In this document: positions 8,971-18,352 of the stretch, piece by piece | Position numbering within the stretch: position 1 is the stretch's first letter | Layout of the letters: each line of letters opens with the position of its first letter | Source: a virus | Lineage: Duplodnaviria; Caudoviricetes | Direction: 5' to 3' (one strand) | Virus record (IMG/VR): IMGVR_UViG_3300008255_000378 | Location: 1 to 28,930 of that record | Length of the DNA stretch: 28,930 bases | The notes under the pieces: model-generated | The model's input: the letters and a program-made list of their open reading frames with translations, nothing else | What the model was told of the DNA's origin: nothing | Database searches by the model: none | Made by a program: the position numbers and the translations under genes

Positions 8971-9290
8971 TTAGAATTCAACAACCCCAGCTGCAAGCAA
9001 TTTTCGCAGGCGAGAAACCTTGACTCTACCAGTCTCACCTGTATCGATATCATCAAAACAAGTTATAAAAGATATTACCCAATTAGGTACGTTACCGATG
9101 TACACAGTTGAACCTTTAGAAGCAGAAATTTTTTCAATCCCAACGGTCACATCTGTGTAACCGATCGTTTTTAAAAAACGTCCTATCGGGCAGCGATATT
9201 CACAAGCTACGTCTCCAGCTACTTGGTTTGGCGACAGCCCACCACCGCATGAGTGCCCTGCAGCAGGCCAGGAATTACTTTTCTTTCCAT
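8971..9290 (-). pseudogene. Frameshifted or recoded small gene (not in the ORF track)
   Basis: ATG 9290 (AAGGA RBS, strong promoter) gives only 23 aa. The -1 frame is open from 9300 to 8971 with no start near its 5' end and encodes protein-like ..CEYRCPIGRFLKTIGY..PNWVISFITCFD.. Confidence 0.6.
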
Positions 9291-9326
9291 CAAACTTTCC
9301 TTATTCAATCACAAGTATTCTTTTAT

Positions 9327-9355
9327 ATTATACTTTCTGTGCATCTATTAGTCAA
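9327..9355 (-). promoter_or_regulatory. Sigma70-type promoter
   Basis: TTGACT-17 nt-TATAAT in an AT-rich intergenic gap, followed by an RBS and ATG. Confidence 0.85.
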
Positions 9356-9413
9356 CACCTTATTCATTTAAAATATTACGATTCGTGGCGTTGATCTCAT
9401 AAAATGCATCGTG

Positions 9414-9854
9414 TCAAGAAGACATTGCTAGCACGGCTTGGAATTTTTCCCATGCTTTTTTGACGGACGGGTTTGCCTCGATCTTTCGAAGGAGGACACG
9501 ATATTCAGTTAATTCTTCTCGAAGTCGATCATTATGATTTTCAGTGTATTCCAAATCTTCTATTAGTCGATTATGTTCAGCTCGAATTTGGAGCGCTGCT
9601 TGCTTCATCCGACGTGCATACTTTCCATTCTTTTCAGTCGACTCATTCCAAAACCAGGTCTGGTAATCTTCTGAAATTCTTGGCAATTCAGTCGATACCT
9701 TCTGTAAAAGCGCAACCACTTCTCCGAAAAAATCATCATCCGGATCTTTGGGGATCTGAGCCAACAGGTCCCTACATTGATAAGTTAATTTTCGAATCTG
9801 TTCGTGATCTACCGGTAGAGGACGCTCTGCCTTTTTGATTTCGATTTGATCCAT
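9414..9854 (-). CDS. Coiled-coil hypothetical protein with the C-terminal AWEKFQ tag
   Basis: 146 aa, coupled to the upstream gene by TAATG; ends NPSVKKAWEKFQAVLAMSS. Confidence 0.8.
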   Translation of the reverse strand: MDQIEIKKAERPLPVDHEQIRKLTYQCRDLLAQIPKDPDDDFFGEVVALLQKVSTELPRISEDYQTWFWNESTEKNGKYARRMKQAALQIRAEHNRLIEDLEYTENHNDRLREELTEYRVLLRKIEANPSVKKAWEKFQAVLAMSS

Positions 9855-10174
9855 TACATCGTCCAGTAGCGTTCGGTAGAGGGGTCACAACAGGTACCAA
9901 CATCGGATCGCCGGATTTTAACATCTTTCCTGCTCATCAAATTTTGCACAGTAACCATTTCAGCCATGAAACTGTCATACCAATCCGAAATTTGCTTCTT
10001 CAGTTTGGTGGCAGACGTTTCGGTATGAGTGATACCGGTTACCGTGATTTGCGCGACCAAAAGCTTGTTGATTGGGTCTCGATACACCGTACCAATTTCA
10101 CGTTTGTCTGCAAAAACCTTGCCAGAAGCCGGATAGGTGCCTGATTGCCACTTAAATCGAATAACCATTCTCAT
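9854..10174 (-). CDS. Hypothetical protein
   Basis: 106 aa with an AGGAG RBS and ATGA coupling; ends CCDPSTERYWTM. Confidence 0.75.
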   Translation of the reverse strand: MRMVIRFKWQSGTYPASGKVFADKREIGTVYRDPINKLLVAQITVTGITHTETSATKLKKQISDWYDSFMAEMVTVQNLMSRKDVKIRRSDVGTCCDPSTERYWTM

Positions 10175-10506
10175 TCTCCTAGAATTGGACCAAACGGCAA
10201 TGTTCGAAGCAATTCAGCTTTGCGTTGGGCGCGTGGGAGTTGCAACCGACTATACCCGTCTACTTTTTTCGTAATTTTTTCTTGCATTTTTTTGAACTCA
10301 AGGTCCTGCAGGCAGTACTCGCGAATATCCCGTTTCGTCGGTACTACTTTTTGCGCATCGATTGTGGTTGGCCGATTTTTCTTTCGTGTTTCGATTGATT
10401 GAACCAACCCATTGGGTGAAACCCGATGCTTCGCTTTTGTATGATACCAACCCTTCAGGGCATGAACATTCGGCGGAGTCATTGTAAAAGTACGATGTAA
10501 CAGCAT
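10171..10506 (-). CDS. Basic hypothetical protein
   Basis: 111 aa, translationally coupled at both ends. Confidence 0.65.
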   Translation of the reverse strand: MLLHRTFTMTPPNVHALKGWYHTKAKHRVSPNGLVQSIETRKKNRPTTIDAQKVVPTKRDIREYCLQDLEFKKMQEKITKKVDGYSRLQLPRAQRKAELLRTLPFGPILGE

Positions 10507-10718
10507 TAGATTGCATCGCCTGCCCGGGCTTCGGCTTCTTCAGAGCGGGCCTGATCAGCCGAGGCTTCAATCAACGCTTCGACCGCCGTGTGATATTCTG
10601 CGGGTATCGAATCATAAAGTGCTCGAAGCTTTTCAGCTTTTGCCTTGATGTCGTAATTCGACCAGTGCAGAAGCTTGTCGGTCGGATGCGATTCAAGGCC
10701 AAACCAATTACTGTTCAT
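10506..10718 (-). CDS. Hypothetical protein (70 aa)
   Basis: ATG 10718 follows CAGGAG; the longer ORF-track start lies inside the promoter. Confidence 0.75.
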   Translation of the reverse strand: MNSNWFGLESHPTDKLLHWSNYDIKAKAEKLRALYDSIPAEYHTAVEALIEASADQARSEEAEARAGDAI

Positions 10719-10745
10719 GTTAGACTCCTGTTTTTCAGTATATAA

Positions 10746-10773
10746 ATTATACACTCGATTCAGGATTTGTAAA
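10746..10773 (-). promoter_or_regulatory. Early/sigma70-type promoter
   Basis: TTTACA-16 nt-TATAAT upstream of the RBS and ATG 10718. Confidence 0.65.
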
Positions 10774-10814
10774 GCCTAAAATACAATTCCGAAAGAAATT
10801 CGCTCAGTTGACAT

Positions 10815-11984
10815 CTACTTTGCCAAGACATCAATTATCTCTTTCATCTGTTTGTCAACACGAAGCACAAAGAACCCGATCTGAGCTGCATGGTTAGGAA
10901 TCAACAAACTCATTGGCGCACCGTTACTCAGACTGATACTATACATTCCGGCACCAGAACGCATTGTCAGAAGCATGGCTTTCCAAAGCTCGTTCACGTT
11001 CTTTTCTTTTAGCATAATATGAGCATCCTGACCGAGGGCGGCCAAAAGATGAAAGTATGCATACATTCTACCTTTTACTGCATAGAATACATCATCCACT
11101 GAAGTGTCAAAATGACCGCCATTAACATTCAATACTTCAAGTTGCTCAGATGTAAGATTTTGAATTTCTTCTTCAGAAAAATCATTTGGCTCGAGTATCA
11201 GGACTTCCAACATCGATCCTCGATCTCCCAAATCCTTACGGATGCGATTCAGGGCTTGAATGATATTATCAGCCCGTAAATCGTAAACCGCTGATTTGTT
11301 CGCAAGTCGTTTATTATATCGAGTCAGAGCCTCGATTGCGACATTATACATTTGATCGGCGGATGTCCTCGGAAGCATGCTGTCTGAAATATCGTACAAC
11401 CAAGTTTCTGGATTGTATTTCAGCGCTCCACTTGCTTTTTCCAAATCTGGATCGGAAGACCCGGACCCGCGTTGTCGACCGAGTTGATCAACCATCTCAA
11501 TCGACCAACGACTGACAGCAAACACAATACCTTTCTGGTAGTTCGTCATATCATCGCCGTAGTGGATAGGGAAGAACCAGGGTTTGTTCGGTGCCCAGGT
11601 TGTTTTGTTGATTTCTATATCCAACAAGGCGGACGCTGTGGCGACTGCGCGTGATCCTCCAGAAATATCAAATTTCGATTCAATCGGAAGAACAAGATCA
11701 TCGTTAATCTTGTATTGCCAAACAAACACCGCCGGAAACAGAAGAATCATAGCAGGAACCATACCAAGCAAAAATAGTCCAGAAAACGCAATTCGGCGTG
11801 TGATGTGGGTTCCAGTATGCTGTTCAACACGACGTTTGAATTCCGATTCAGTAACGCTGAATTTCTCCAGGTTTTTCAATCTCCCTGGCTTGATTAGTGG
11901 CGAACGGATTTTATCAAAAAGTGATTTCAAATACCGGAAAGGCCAGGTGACCACTTCCGAAATTCGATGAATTGAATTTCGCAT
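10815..11984 (-). CDS. DUF2333-like membrane-anchored protein
   Basis: One TM helix, then GRQRGSGSSDPDL, YNKRL, RADNI, DDVFYAVKG and PNHAAQIGFFVLR, matching my recollection of proteobacterial DUF2333; AAGGAG RBS. Confidence 0.75.
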   Translation of the reverse strand: MRNSIHRISEVVTWPFRYLKSLFDKIRSPLIKPGRLKNLEKFSVTESEFKRRVEQHTGTHITRRIAFSGLFLLGMVPAMILLFPAVFVWQYKINDDLVLPIESKFDISGGSRAVATASALLDIEINKTTWAPNKPWFFPIHYGDDMTNYQKGIVFAVSRWSIEMVDQLGRQRGSGSSDPDLEKASGALKYNPETWLYDISDSMLPRTSADQMYNVAIEALTRYNKRLANKSAVYDLRADNIIQALNRIRKDLGDRGSMLEVLILEPNDFSEEEIQNLTSEQLEVLNVNGGHFDTSVDDVFYAVKGRMYAYFHLLAALGQDAHIMLKEKNVNELWKAMLLTMRSGAGMYSISLSNGAPMSLLIPNHAAQIGFFVLRVDKQMKEIIDVLAK

Positions 11985-12037
11985 ATCGTTCTCCTTGTCA
12001 GAATATTACCAAGAAGATAACACAGATGAACGAAAAG

Positions 12038-12508
12038 TCAAGTGTTCATCCAAAAGTTTTCCCAAGGAAAAACAATCCAAGACTGGTTTTCAACTCGGCT
12101 AATTTCTCGCACTGCGTAGTCAATGTCTTCTGGCTGATCAGTATTCAACCACAGCGCTGCGGTTCGAACTTGCTCTGGTCGATGCTCAATTGAATCCAGA
12201 ACTTCTCGAATTTGTTTGAACGAATCTCCAGAGTCAACAATATCATCCACAATCAGGAGGTTTTTTCCAAAAGATAAATCTTGATCAATTGATTGAATAT
12301 CAATTTTTTCAGATGGAGAATCACGAAAAGAACAATAAATTGTTCGCATCGGTACATTAAACCATTGCGCAAGGTAGGTTGCGGGCACCAATCCGCCGCG
12401 GGCAATTCCCACAACGTAATCAGGCAACCAATTTGATAATTGGATTTTTCTGGCTAAGTCAATCACATCACCTGTGAAGGAATCGTATCGATATCTGATT
12501 ACCGACAT
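12038..12508 (-). CDS. Purine (xanthine/guanine-type) phosphoribosyltransferase
   Basis: VVGIARGGLVPA, PRPP-binding loop LIVDDIVDSGDS and C-terminal WIVFPWE; the start at 12508 is TAATG-coupled. Confidence 0.9.
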   Translation of the reverse strand: MSVIRYRYDSFTGDVIDLARKIQLSNWLPDYVVGIARGGLVPATYLAQWFNVPMRTIYCSFRDSPSEKIDIQSIDQDLSFGKNLLIVDDIVDSGDSFKQIREVLDSIEHRPEQVRTAALWLNTDQPEDIDYAVREISRVENQSWIVFPWENFWMNT

Positions 12509-12936
12509 TACCATTTACCAGTAAACAGAATCTTAATTCTTTTAGAAAATGGGAATCGATGCATCTTTTCAAAAACTGTATGCGTTTCTAAATCAACCAA
12601 TTGCATATCAAATTCATCATCAACCAGTTTTTCCCAGATCTCGGGGGTCAGTTTCAATCTATTAACCAATTTCTTAATCTGACTCATGAAGATTGTAGGG
12701 AATTCACGCTTGTTGACCGACTTTGCATATTCATACAATTCTCCAAAGATTGGAGCACTGCTCCAATCTTCGAATGCTTCGTAGTATTCGTCGTTATTAA
12801 AGGCGGGCAACGGTTGCGGGGCTGCTTCGACGAATCCGAATTCTTTTGATTTCAAGGCCAACATTGCTTCTTTCATCCAACCTTCTGGATCCTGGTCAAT
12901 GTCTGCATTCACATTTATTTTTGTATTTGGCTCCAC
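12508..12936 (-). CDS. Hypothetical protein
   Basis: 142 aa with a GTG start after AGGAGAG, between folE and the PRTase. Confidence 0.75.
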   Translation of the reverse strand: MEPNTKINVNADIDQDPEGWMKEAMLALKSKEFGFVEAAPQPLPAFNNDEYYEAFEDWSSAPIFGELYEYAKSVNKREFPTIFMSQIKKLVNRLKLTPEIWEKLVDDEFDMQLVDLETHTVFEKMHRFPFSKRIKILFTGKW

Positions 12937-12945
12937 TATACTCTC

Positions 12946-13797
12946 CTAGAAACTTTTCAAGTTCTGAATTAAGTTATAAAATTCGGCACGAAGAGCATCA
13001 TTCACTTTGAAAGTACCGCTTAAATGCGTGGTAACCATATCGGATTCATGTTCTTTCACGCCTCTATGTGTCATACAGTGATGTTCTGCTTTCAAGACTA
13101 CCGCAATATTATCCGACTTGGTGAATTCTTTCAATTCACCAGCAATTTGCGTAGTCATCTCTTCTTGAATTTGCGGACGTTCAGCAATATGATGAACAAT
13201 TCGATTGAATTTAGACAGACCGATCACTTCCTTTTCCGGCACCACACCGACCCAGCACTTCCCAACAATATTTTGGAAATGGTGTGCGCATGTCGATTTA
13301 ATTGAGATTGGACCGGTGGTATAGAGGCCATGATATCCGACATTTGGGAATGATGTAACTTTTGGTTTGGCTCTATATCGTCCACCGAATGTTTCAAGAA
13401 TAAACATCTTTGCCACACGGATTGCGGTGTCACGAGTATTGTGGTCATTTTCAGTATCAATAACCAAAGATTCTAGAACAGTCTGAAATCGTGTTGCAAC
13501 TTCTTCAATCAATAACTCAAGTTCTTTTTCATCGTCAATGAATTGACTGATATTATCATTGCAACGAAAAGTGAATGGATCTGATGTTGAATTATTGAAC
13601 TCAGCAATTCTCTTCTTAATAACATTCGACATTGAAAAGTTCGAGTCAATATTTTCTAAGTCGGTTCTGAGTAAATTCATTTCGTCGGCAAGCATAGTCA
13701 TATCGTTTTCAATACGGGCTTCTTTCACTGCTTCAGCCAGAATTTCACCTGATTGATTTCGGACGCGCTGGACTACGCGAATATCTTTTTCTTCCAT
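12946..13797 (-). CDS. folE: GTP cyclohydrolase I with an N-terminal extension
   Basis: TAIRVAKM, STCAHHF, IGLSKFNR, RPQIQE and AEHHCMTHRGV; the Zn ligands are intact. Confidence 0.95.
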   Translation of the reverse strand: MEEKDIRVVQRVRNQSGEILAEAVKEARIENDMTMLADEMNLLRTDLENIDSNFSMSNVIKKRIAEFNNSTSDPFTFRCNDNISQFIDDEKELELLIEEVATRFQTVLESLVIDTENDHNTRDTAIRVAKMFILETFGGRYRAKPKVTSFPNVGYHGLYTTGPISIKSTCAHHFQNIVGKCWVGVVPEKEVIGLSKFNRIVHHIAERPQIQEEMTTQIAGELKEFTKSDNIAVVLKAEHHCMTHRGVKEHESDMVTTHLSGTFKVNDALRAEFYNLIQNLKSF

Positions 13798-13798
13798 T

Positions 13799-14914
13799 TT
13801 ACTCCTTGAAACTTGGGCTGGTGTTAATGCACTCTCTTATTTTATTATGGAGTGCACCTGCTGTCAAAAATTGCTTCTTGATTTTTTCACGTTGTTCAGC
13901 AATATCGATAAGCAGCGTCGTTGACTCTTTCTCCCATGCAAACATGAGAATTTTGATATGTTCTTCTAACCGGTTAAGGTTAGCATTGTTGCTATCTGCC
14001 CATTCAGACGGATACAAGAATTTATCATCGTACATTTCTGGGTACGAAAGTCTTTCGGGCATCAACGGAAACGAGTTACACATCAATGCTTCCATCATAC
14101 TTATACCCAAAGTTTCTTGAAGATTGGCACTGAAAACAATTCGACTTTGACCAAGCAAGGTATGATACTCGTCTTTTGTGAGTTCTTGTTCTTGGCAAAC
14201 AATCCAGTCATATTCTGGCATTCTTTCTGCCAACGCCTTGAATACATGCAGCTGCTTCTCAGGCGCAATACGATGTGGAAACAGAATCAATTCACGCTTC
14301 TCGAGATCACGATATGGAATGAATTCCTGTTCGAAATATTCAAAGGGGAATCCTGTCCGAACAATCTCCGCTGGAGGTTCACCTATCTCTGATTTTTGAA
14401 TCGTGTATGTGTCGATGAACAGGTCAATATGAGCATGAGTTGCAAAAAAGTTATGATCACAAGCATGGAAAATTGCACGCTCTGTATGCTGGGCCCAAAG
14501 TTTTCCTCCGCTTGCACGACCTAAGAAATCATTTGGGTCGTAACTGCCGGCATGCCAAATTGCTCCAATTCTGAGTCCTAAATTCATCAGATCTGATGTA
14601 TATCGAATTTGCAAAATAGCGGGGTTCCATGCATCAGTTACCAAAATATATGCACCTGGACGAATTTTTCCATCCTGAATTTTCTTCATCAATTTTGCTA
14701 ATTGTGTCGATTTCCAAATATTCGTTGCTGCGAAATCCAAAAATGCACCGGGAGTTGGTTTGGCAGCTGTTAATTCACCATCAATTTGCAAAATTTGAAA
14801 ATCTTCACCTAAATAAGATTGAAGTTGCTTGGGGAAAAACTCATGCCATTGTGCAGTGTATCGTGTAGATAAAGGTTCTATTGGTAAAATAACTACTTGC
14901 TTCTTTTGTGTCAA
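13799..14914 (-). CDS. GT-B fold glycosyltransferase
   Basis: ILFPHRIAPEKQ and ETLGISMME (Ex7E) donor-binding motifs, plus WHAGSYD; TTG start after AGGAG. Confidence 0.85.
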   Translation of the reverse strand: MTQKKQVVILPIEPLSTRYTAQWHEFFPKQLQSYLGEDFQILQIDGELTAAKPTPGAFLDFAATNIWKSTQLAKLMKKIQDGKIRPGAYILVTDAWNPAILQIRYTSDLMNLGLRIGAIWHAGSYDPNDFLGRASGGKLWAQHTERAIFHACDHNFFATHAHIDLFIDTYTIQKSEIGEPPAEIVRTGFPFEYFEQEFIPYRDLEKRELILFPHRIAPEKQLHVFKALAERMPEYDWIVCQEQELTKDEYHTLLGQSRIVFSANLQETLGISMMEALMCNSFPLMPERLSYPEMYDDKFLYPSEWADSNNANLNRLEEHIKILMFAWEKESTTLLIDIAEQREKIKKQFLTAGALHNKIRECINTSPSFKE

Positions 14915-14951
14915 ACTTTTCTCCTAATTTAGGCAACAGTCGAAAGATTTC

Positions 14952-16061
14952 TTATGAGTGACTTCCGAAAATTAAATTATGCGTGTTATTCACCCGAATG
15001 AATGTCGTACATTTTGACAAATCTTTCAATTGCTTGGCCCCAACATACGTGCAGGTTGATCGGACTCCGCCGAGAATATCGTTTACCACATTTTCAATTG
15101 GTCCCCGATATGGAATCGTAACACATTTACCTTCACTGGCACGATAATTCTTAAGTCCGTTAGAATGCTTTTCCTGTGCTTCTTGTGACGACATTCCGTA
15201 GAACCGAACCTTCATCTCACCGGGCTCATAACAAACCACACGATCAGATTCTGTAGTGACATTGCGTTCGTCTACGATGATCTCACCGCCTCCTTCCGTA
15301 CAACCGGCAAACATCCCACCAAGCATGACAAAGTCGGCACCAGCGGCGAATGCTTTTGCCACATCTCCGGGTGAAGTGCATCCACCATCTGCAATGATTT
15401 TACCGCCGAGACCATGTGCAGCGTCTGCACATTCGATCACAGCTGATAATTGCGGCACGCCGACCCCAGTCTTAATTCGAGTTGTGCAAACAGATCCGGG
15501 CCCAATACCGACCTTCACGATGTCGACTCCGGATAAAATCAATTCTTCAGTAATCTCCTTCGATACCACATTACCGGCAATGAGAATTTTGTTTGGATAA
15601 AATTTCCTGATCGTTTTGCAATGTTCAATGAACGCTTCTGAATATCCATTCGCAACATCAATACAAATAAATCGCAAATGCGGGTTTTCAGCCATGAGCG
15701 TATGCAGTTGGTCGGTATCACTCTTGCTAATTCCAACGCTCACGATAATATAATCAGCATATTTTTCGGTCATGGCTCGTTGTACCTGCCATTCTTCGAA
15801 AGAATAATGCTTTGTGATGGCTGTCATCATTCCCTGCTTCGCTAGTGCTTCAGCAACTTCGAATGTACCAACCCCATCCATGTTCGCTGCGATTATTGGA
15901 ATACCATCCCAAAACTTGACATCGGACGAAACTTGGTTCGGCGAAACATGAAACGAAAATTGTCTTTCTAAGAGTACTTCAGATCTTGACGATAAAGTTG
16001 ATCTTTTTGGCCTAATCAAAACGTCTGAATAGTCTAATTTGATATCTTCTTCAATTCTCAT
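14952..16061 (-). CDS. guaC: GMP reductase
   Basis: [52 protein letters not shown] and YRASEGK; no CBS domains. Confidence 0.95.
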   Translation of the reverse strand: MRIEEDIKLDYSDVLIRPKRSTLSSRSEVLLERQFSFHVSPNQVSSDVKFWDGIPIIAANMDGVGTFEVAEALAKQGMMTAITKHYSFEEWQVQRAMTEKYADYIIVSVGISKSDTDQLHTLMAENPHLRFICIDVANGYSEAFIEHCKTIRKFYPNKILIAGNVVSKEITEELILSGVDIVKVGIGPGSVCTTRIKTGVGVPQLSAVIECADAAHGLGGKIIADGGCTSPGDVAKAFAAGADFVMLGGMFAGCTEGGGEIIVDERNVTTESDRVVCYEPGEMKVRFYGMSSQEAQEKHSNGLKNYRASEGKCVTIPYRGPIENVVNDILGGVRSTCTYVGAKQLKDLSKCTTFIRVNNTHNLIFGSHS

Positions 16062-16433
16062 TTACCAAAACAGTAGAACTGCTCCATTTTCGTTGTCCTC
16101 ATATACTCTGATTTCCATTTCTCGATCAGGATAGTCTTCTTGAATTTTCTCTGCTAAGTCTTCTGCCAACATTTCACATGATTTGAAATCAACGTCTAGT
16201 GCATCAGTATAGAGGCGTTCTAACCATCGTTTAAATTGGATGAATTCAATTTCTCTATCATTGTGATCGACTGCAATCCTGACATAAAAATGAAAAATAT
16301 GTCGATGTTTGTCTGCTAAGAAGCTCACATCATCCCAATCACCAGTCGCAAGTTTCGGGTTTGTTGCTGCGGCCGGATAGCAATGTATTCCTTCCTTTTG
16401 GAAGGATACTTCAATGTATCGTTTAATTTTCAA
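16062..16433 (-). CDS. T-fold QueD paralogue, possibly the DpdL-type CDG decarboxylase
   Basis: EGIHCYP, LADKHRHIF (LxxxHRHxF instead of the QueD CxxxHGH) and KSCEMLAE; lies inside the deazaguanine cluster. Confidence 0.75.
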   Translation of the reverse strand: MKIKRYIEVSFQKEGIHCYPAAATNPKLATGDWDDVSFLADKHRHIFHFYVRIAVDHNDREIEFIQFKRWLERLYTDALDVDFKSCEMLAEDLAEKIQEDYPDREMEIRVYEDNENGAVLLFW

Positions 16434-16436
16434 TTT

Positions 16437-16649
16437 TTAATCCGCAATATCAATTTCAAGAAGGCCATCTGCATTTACATACGGCTCGCCTTCAGCAATG
16501 AAAATTGTTTTGTTCTTGAAACCGACTTTTGCACCGTTAGGTTCAAAAAGCCTGAATGTTTGACCAGGTTCTATTTTTTCAAATGGAATTTCAACCCAAT
16601 TCTCATCAATTAGCACTTCAGTCTTTCTGTTATCGATTTTCTTCTTCAT
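16437..16649 (-). CDS. Small hypothetical protein
   Basis: 70 aa with a GAGGTG RBS; first gene after a promoter. Confidence 0.75.
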   Translation of the reverse strand: MKKKIDNRKTEVLIDENWVEIPFEKIEPGQTFRLFEPNGAKVGFKNKTIFIAEGEPYVNADGLLEIDIAD

Positions 16650-16666
16650 AAGTTCACCTCATTTTT

Positions 16667-16696
16667 ATTATACATTATCATGCAGAGTTGAGTCAA
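16667..16696 (-). promoter_or_regulatory. Sigma70-type promoter for the QueD-like/guaC/GT/folE run
   Basis: TTGACT-18 nt-TATAAT; the -35 overlaps the stop of the upstream glycosyltransferase. Confidence 0.75.
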
Positions 16697-18048
16697 TATT
16701 CAAAGAGTGCAGACCCTTTCTTATCCGGTAAAGTTGGATCCTTTTTGAGTGAAATCCAGGTATCTGAATCAGTCTGAGTAGAATTGAATATTTTTTTCTT
16801 CGACCATACTGATTGAAAATCAGGAATATTCGGCTGTGTACGGCCCAAGTGCTCAAACCAATAATCATGAAGACGGACCACATCATGATTTTCCAAGGTT
16901 TCTGCCAATTTATTTTTACCAAGTTTATCAGCATTCCTAGTTGGTAAAGTATTTAGGAACTCAACCCAAGACGAGTAGGTCGAGTTATGAATTGACCTCA
17001 TCCTATCTACAAAATCTTTTGGATTGTATTGTCGTTCATAAATTTCGGTGAGTCTGTCCGCCGCGGTTTTTCGAGAGCAGAGATCGACCCCCATGTCTTT
17101 GAAATTCTCCCACCAATTATATTCTTCAACCAAGAGAGTAGGGCAAGAATGAAGCGACTCAAAAGCACTAAACCCGAAAGACTCACGAAGAGCGGGATGA
17201 AAAGCAACTTTCGCAGATTTGATGAATTGGACTTTTTCCTCGCCGATGATACCAGCTTTGATTTCATAGTTTGCAATCCCGTTCTCCTCAAATAACTTTT
17301 CAAATTTTGGTACTGAGTTTGGTTTTGTTAAAACCTTGGCTGTAAATCCTGTTTCAGCTATGGTTTTGACAAACAGTTTTGGATTCTTTCTTTCTTCAAA
17401 TCTGCCAATGAATAGGACCCCGGCTTTTTCAGGAAAAGAATCATCTAAAAGACCAATCTCAGGAACCGGCATCGGCAAGCCAATTGCGTTTGATCTAGGA
17501 AATGCTTTCTTAATGAGCCCGGCGTTGTAATTCGATTGCGTACCAACAATTACGCCTTCACACTCATTCAAATTTCTCAAGAAAGCAGTGTGTGACTCTC
17601 GAAAAGTATCATTCGGTTCAGCGTCAAAGAATACGCTATTTTCAATGTGCGTGTAATGAATCAACGGTGCATAATGGTACAAATCCATCCATTGGTAGGC
17701 AGGGGTTGCCTCTGGCGTATTTGAAATCACCACATCGTAAATAAAATGGGTAAAAGCCTTCAAGAACGCATTTTGAAAATTCAATACCTTTTCGATATTG
17801 AATGAATCACCAAATTGAAATAAGTGGTTATGCCTGCCGTATGAAACCGAAGAATCAGGAAAAATGATTTGGCAACCCTTCCCCTCGATAAATTCAACCA
17901 AGGGATCATTCTTTCTGGGAGCCGTATCTAAGATAAAATCAACCCGCCAGCCATTGGCTTCAGCCATTTCTAAGAAAGATTTAGCAAATTGACCAATTCC
18001 ACCGTTCGGGTGCAAATGATGTTTACTAATAGCAAATGCGATTCTCAA
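16693..18048 (-). CDS. GT4-like (GT-B) glycosyltransferase with a C-terminal extension
   Basis: PNGGIG, LFIGRFEERKNP and RESFGFSAFES (Ex7E); TTG start. Confidence 0.88.
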   Translation of the reverse strand: MRIAFAISKHHLHPNGGIGQFAKSFLEMAEANGWRVDFILDTAPRKNDPLVEFIEGKGCQIIFPDSSVSYGRHNHLFQFGDSFNIEKVLNFQNAFLKAFTHFIYDVVISNTPEATPAYQWMDLYHYAPLIHYTHIENSVFFDAEPNDTFRESHTAFLRNLNECEGVIVGTQSNYNAGLIKKAFPRSNAIGLPMPVPEIGLLDDSFPEKAGVLFIGRFEERKNPKLFVKTIAETGFTAKVLTKPNSVPKFEKLFEENGIANYEIKAGIIGEEKVQFIKSAKVAFHPALRESFGFSAFESLHSCPTLLVEEYNWWENFKDMGVDLCSRKTAADRLTEIYERQYNPKDFVDRMRSIHNSTYSSWVEFLNTLPTRNADKLGKNKLAETLENHDVVRLHDYWFEHLGRTQPNIPDFQSVWSKKKIFNSTQTDSDTWISLKKDPTLPDKKGSALFEY

Positions 18049-18209
18049 AAAAGTTGTCCTTGTCTGTCTGTCAAAGTAGTGCGCAGGCTCTGAACCTCAA
18101 GAATCCTTGTCAAATCCATGGCTTGATTTTCTATTTGTCTCGATATCGGCAAAGAAATCGGATAATGCGGTACGTGCGCTTCCTCAATTCGAACTGGTGT
18201 TAATTCCAT
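18045..18209 (-). CDS. Small ORF (54 aa), below the ORF-track cutoff
   Basis: AAGGA RBS, MELTPVRIEEAHVPHYPISL..QGQLF; its TGA overlaps the TTG start of the glycosyltransferase (TTGA). Confidence 0.55.
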   Translation of the reverse strand: MELTPVRIEEAHVPHYPISLPISRQIENQAMDLTRILEVQSLRTTLTDRQGQLF

Positions 18210-18352
18210 GAAAAATTCCTTCGTAAATTCGGTTGAATATATTCGGTGTCGAAACGTGCCGCATTACGGTCTGCTCCGGAGTATAATCAGCAAAACAATG
18301 GGTAATAACCGGCCGGCTTGCTGGACAAGGTCGAACTTGTTTTTTTACCGAT

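Noticed and set aside
12946-13797. QueF or QueF-like instead of FolE
   Set aside because: The Zn-binding CAHH and HCM..RGV motifs of GTP cyclohydrolase I are intact.
14952-16061. IMP dehydrogenase (guaB)
   Set aside because: [16 protein letters not shown] and YRASEGK, together with the absence of CBS domains, fit GMP reductase.
18210-18352. preQ1 riboswitch or tRNA
   Set aside because: No preQ1-I stem with A-rich tail and no cloverleaf; GTTCGA is present but without a proper T-arm or acceptor stem.
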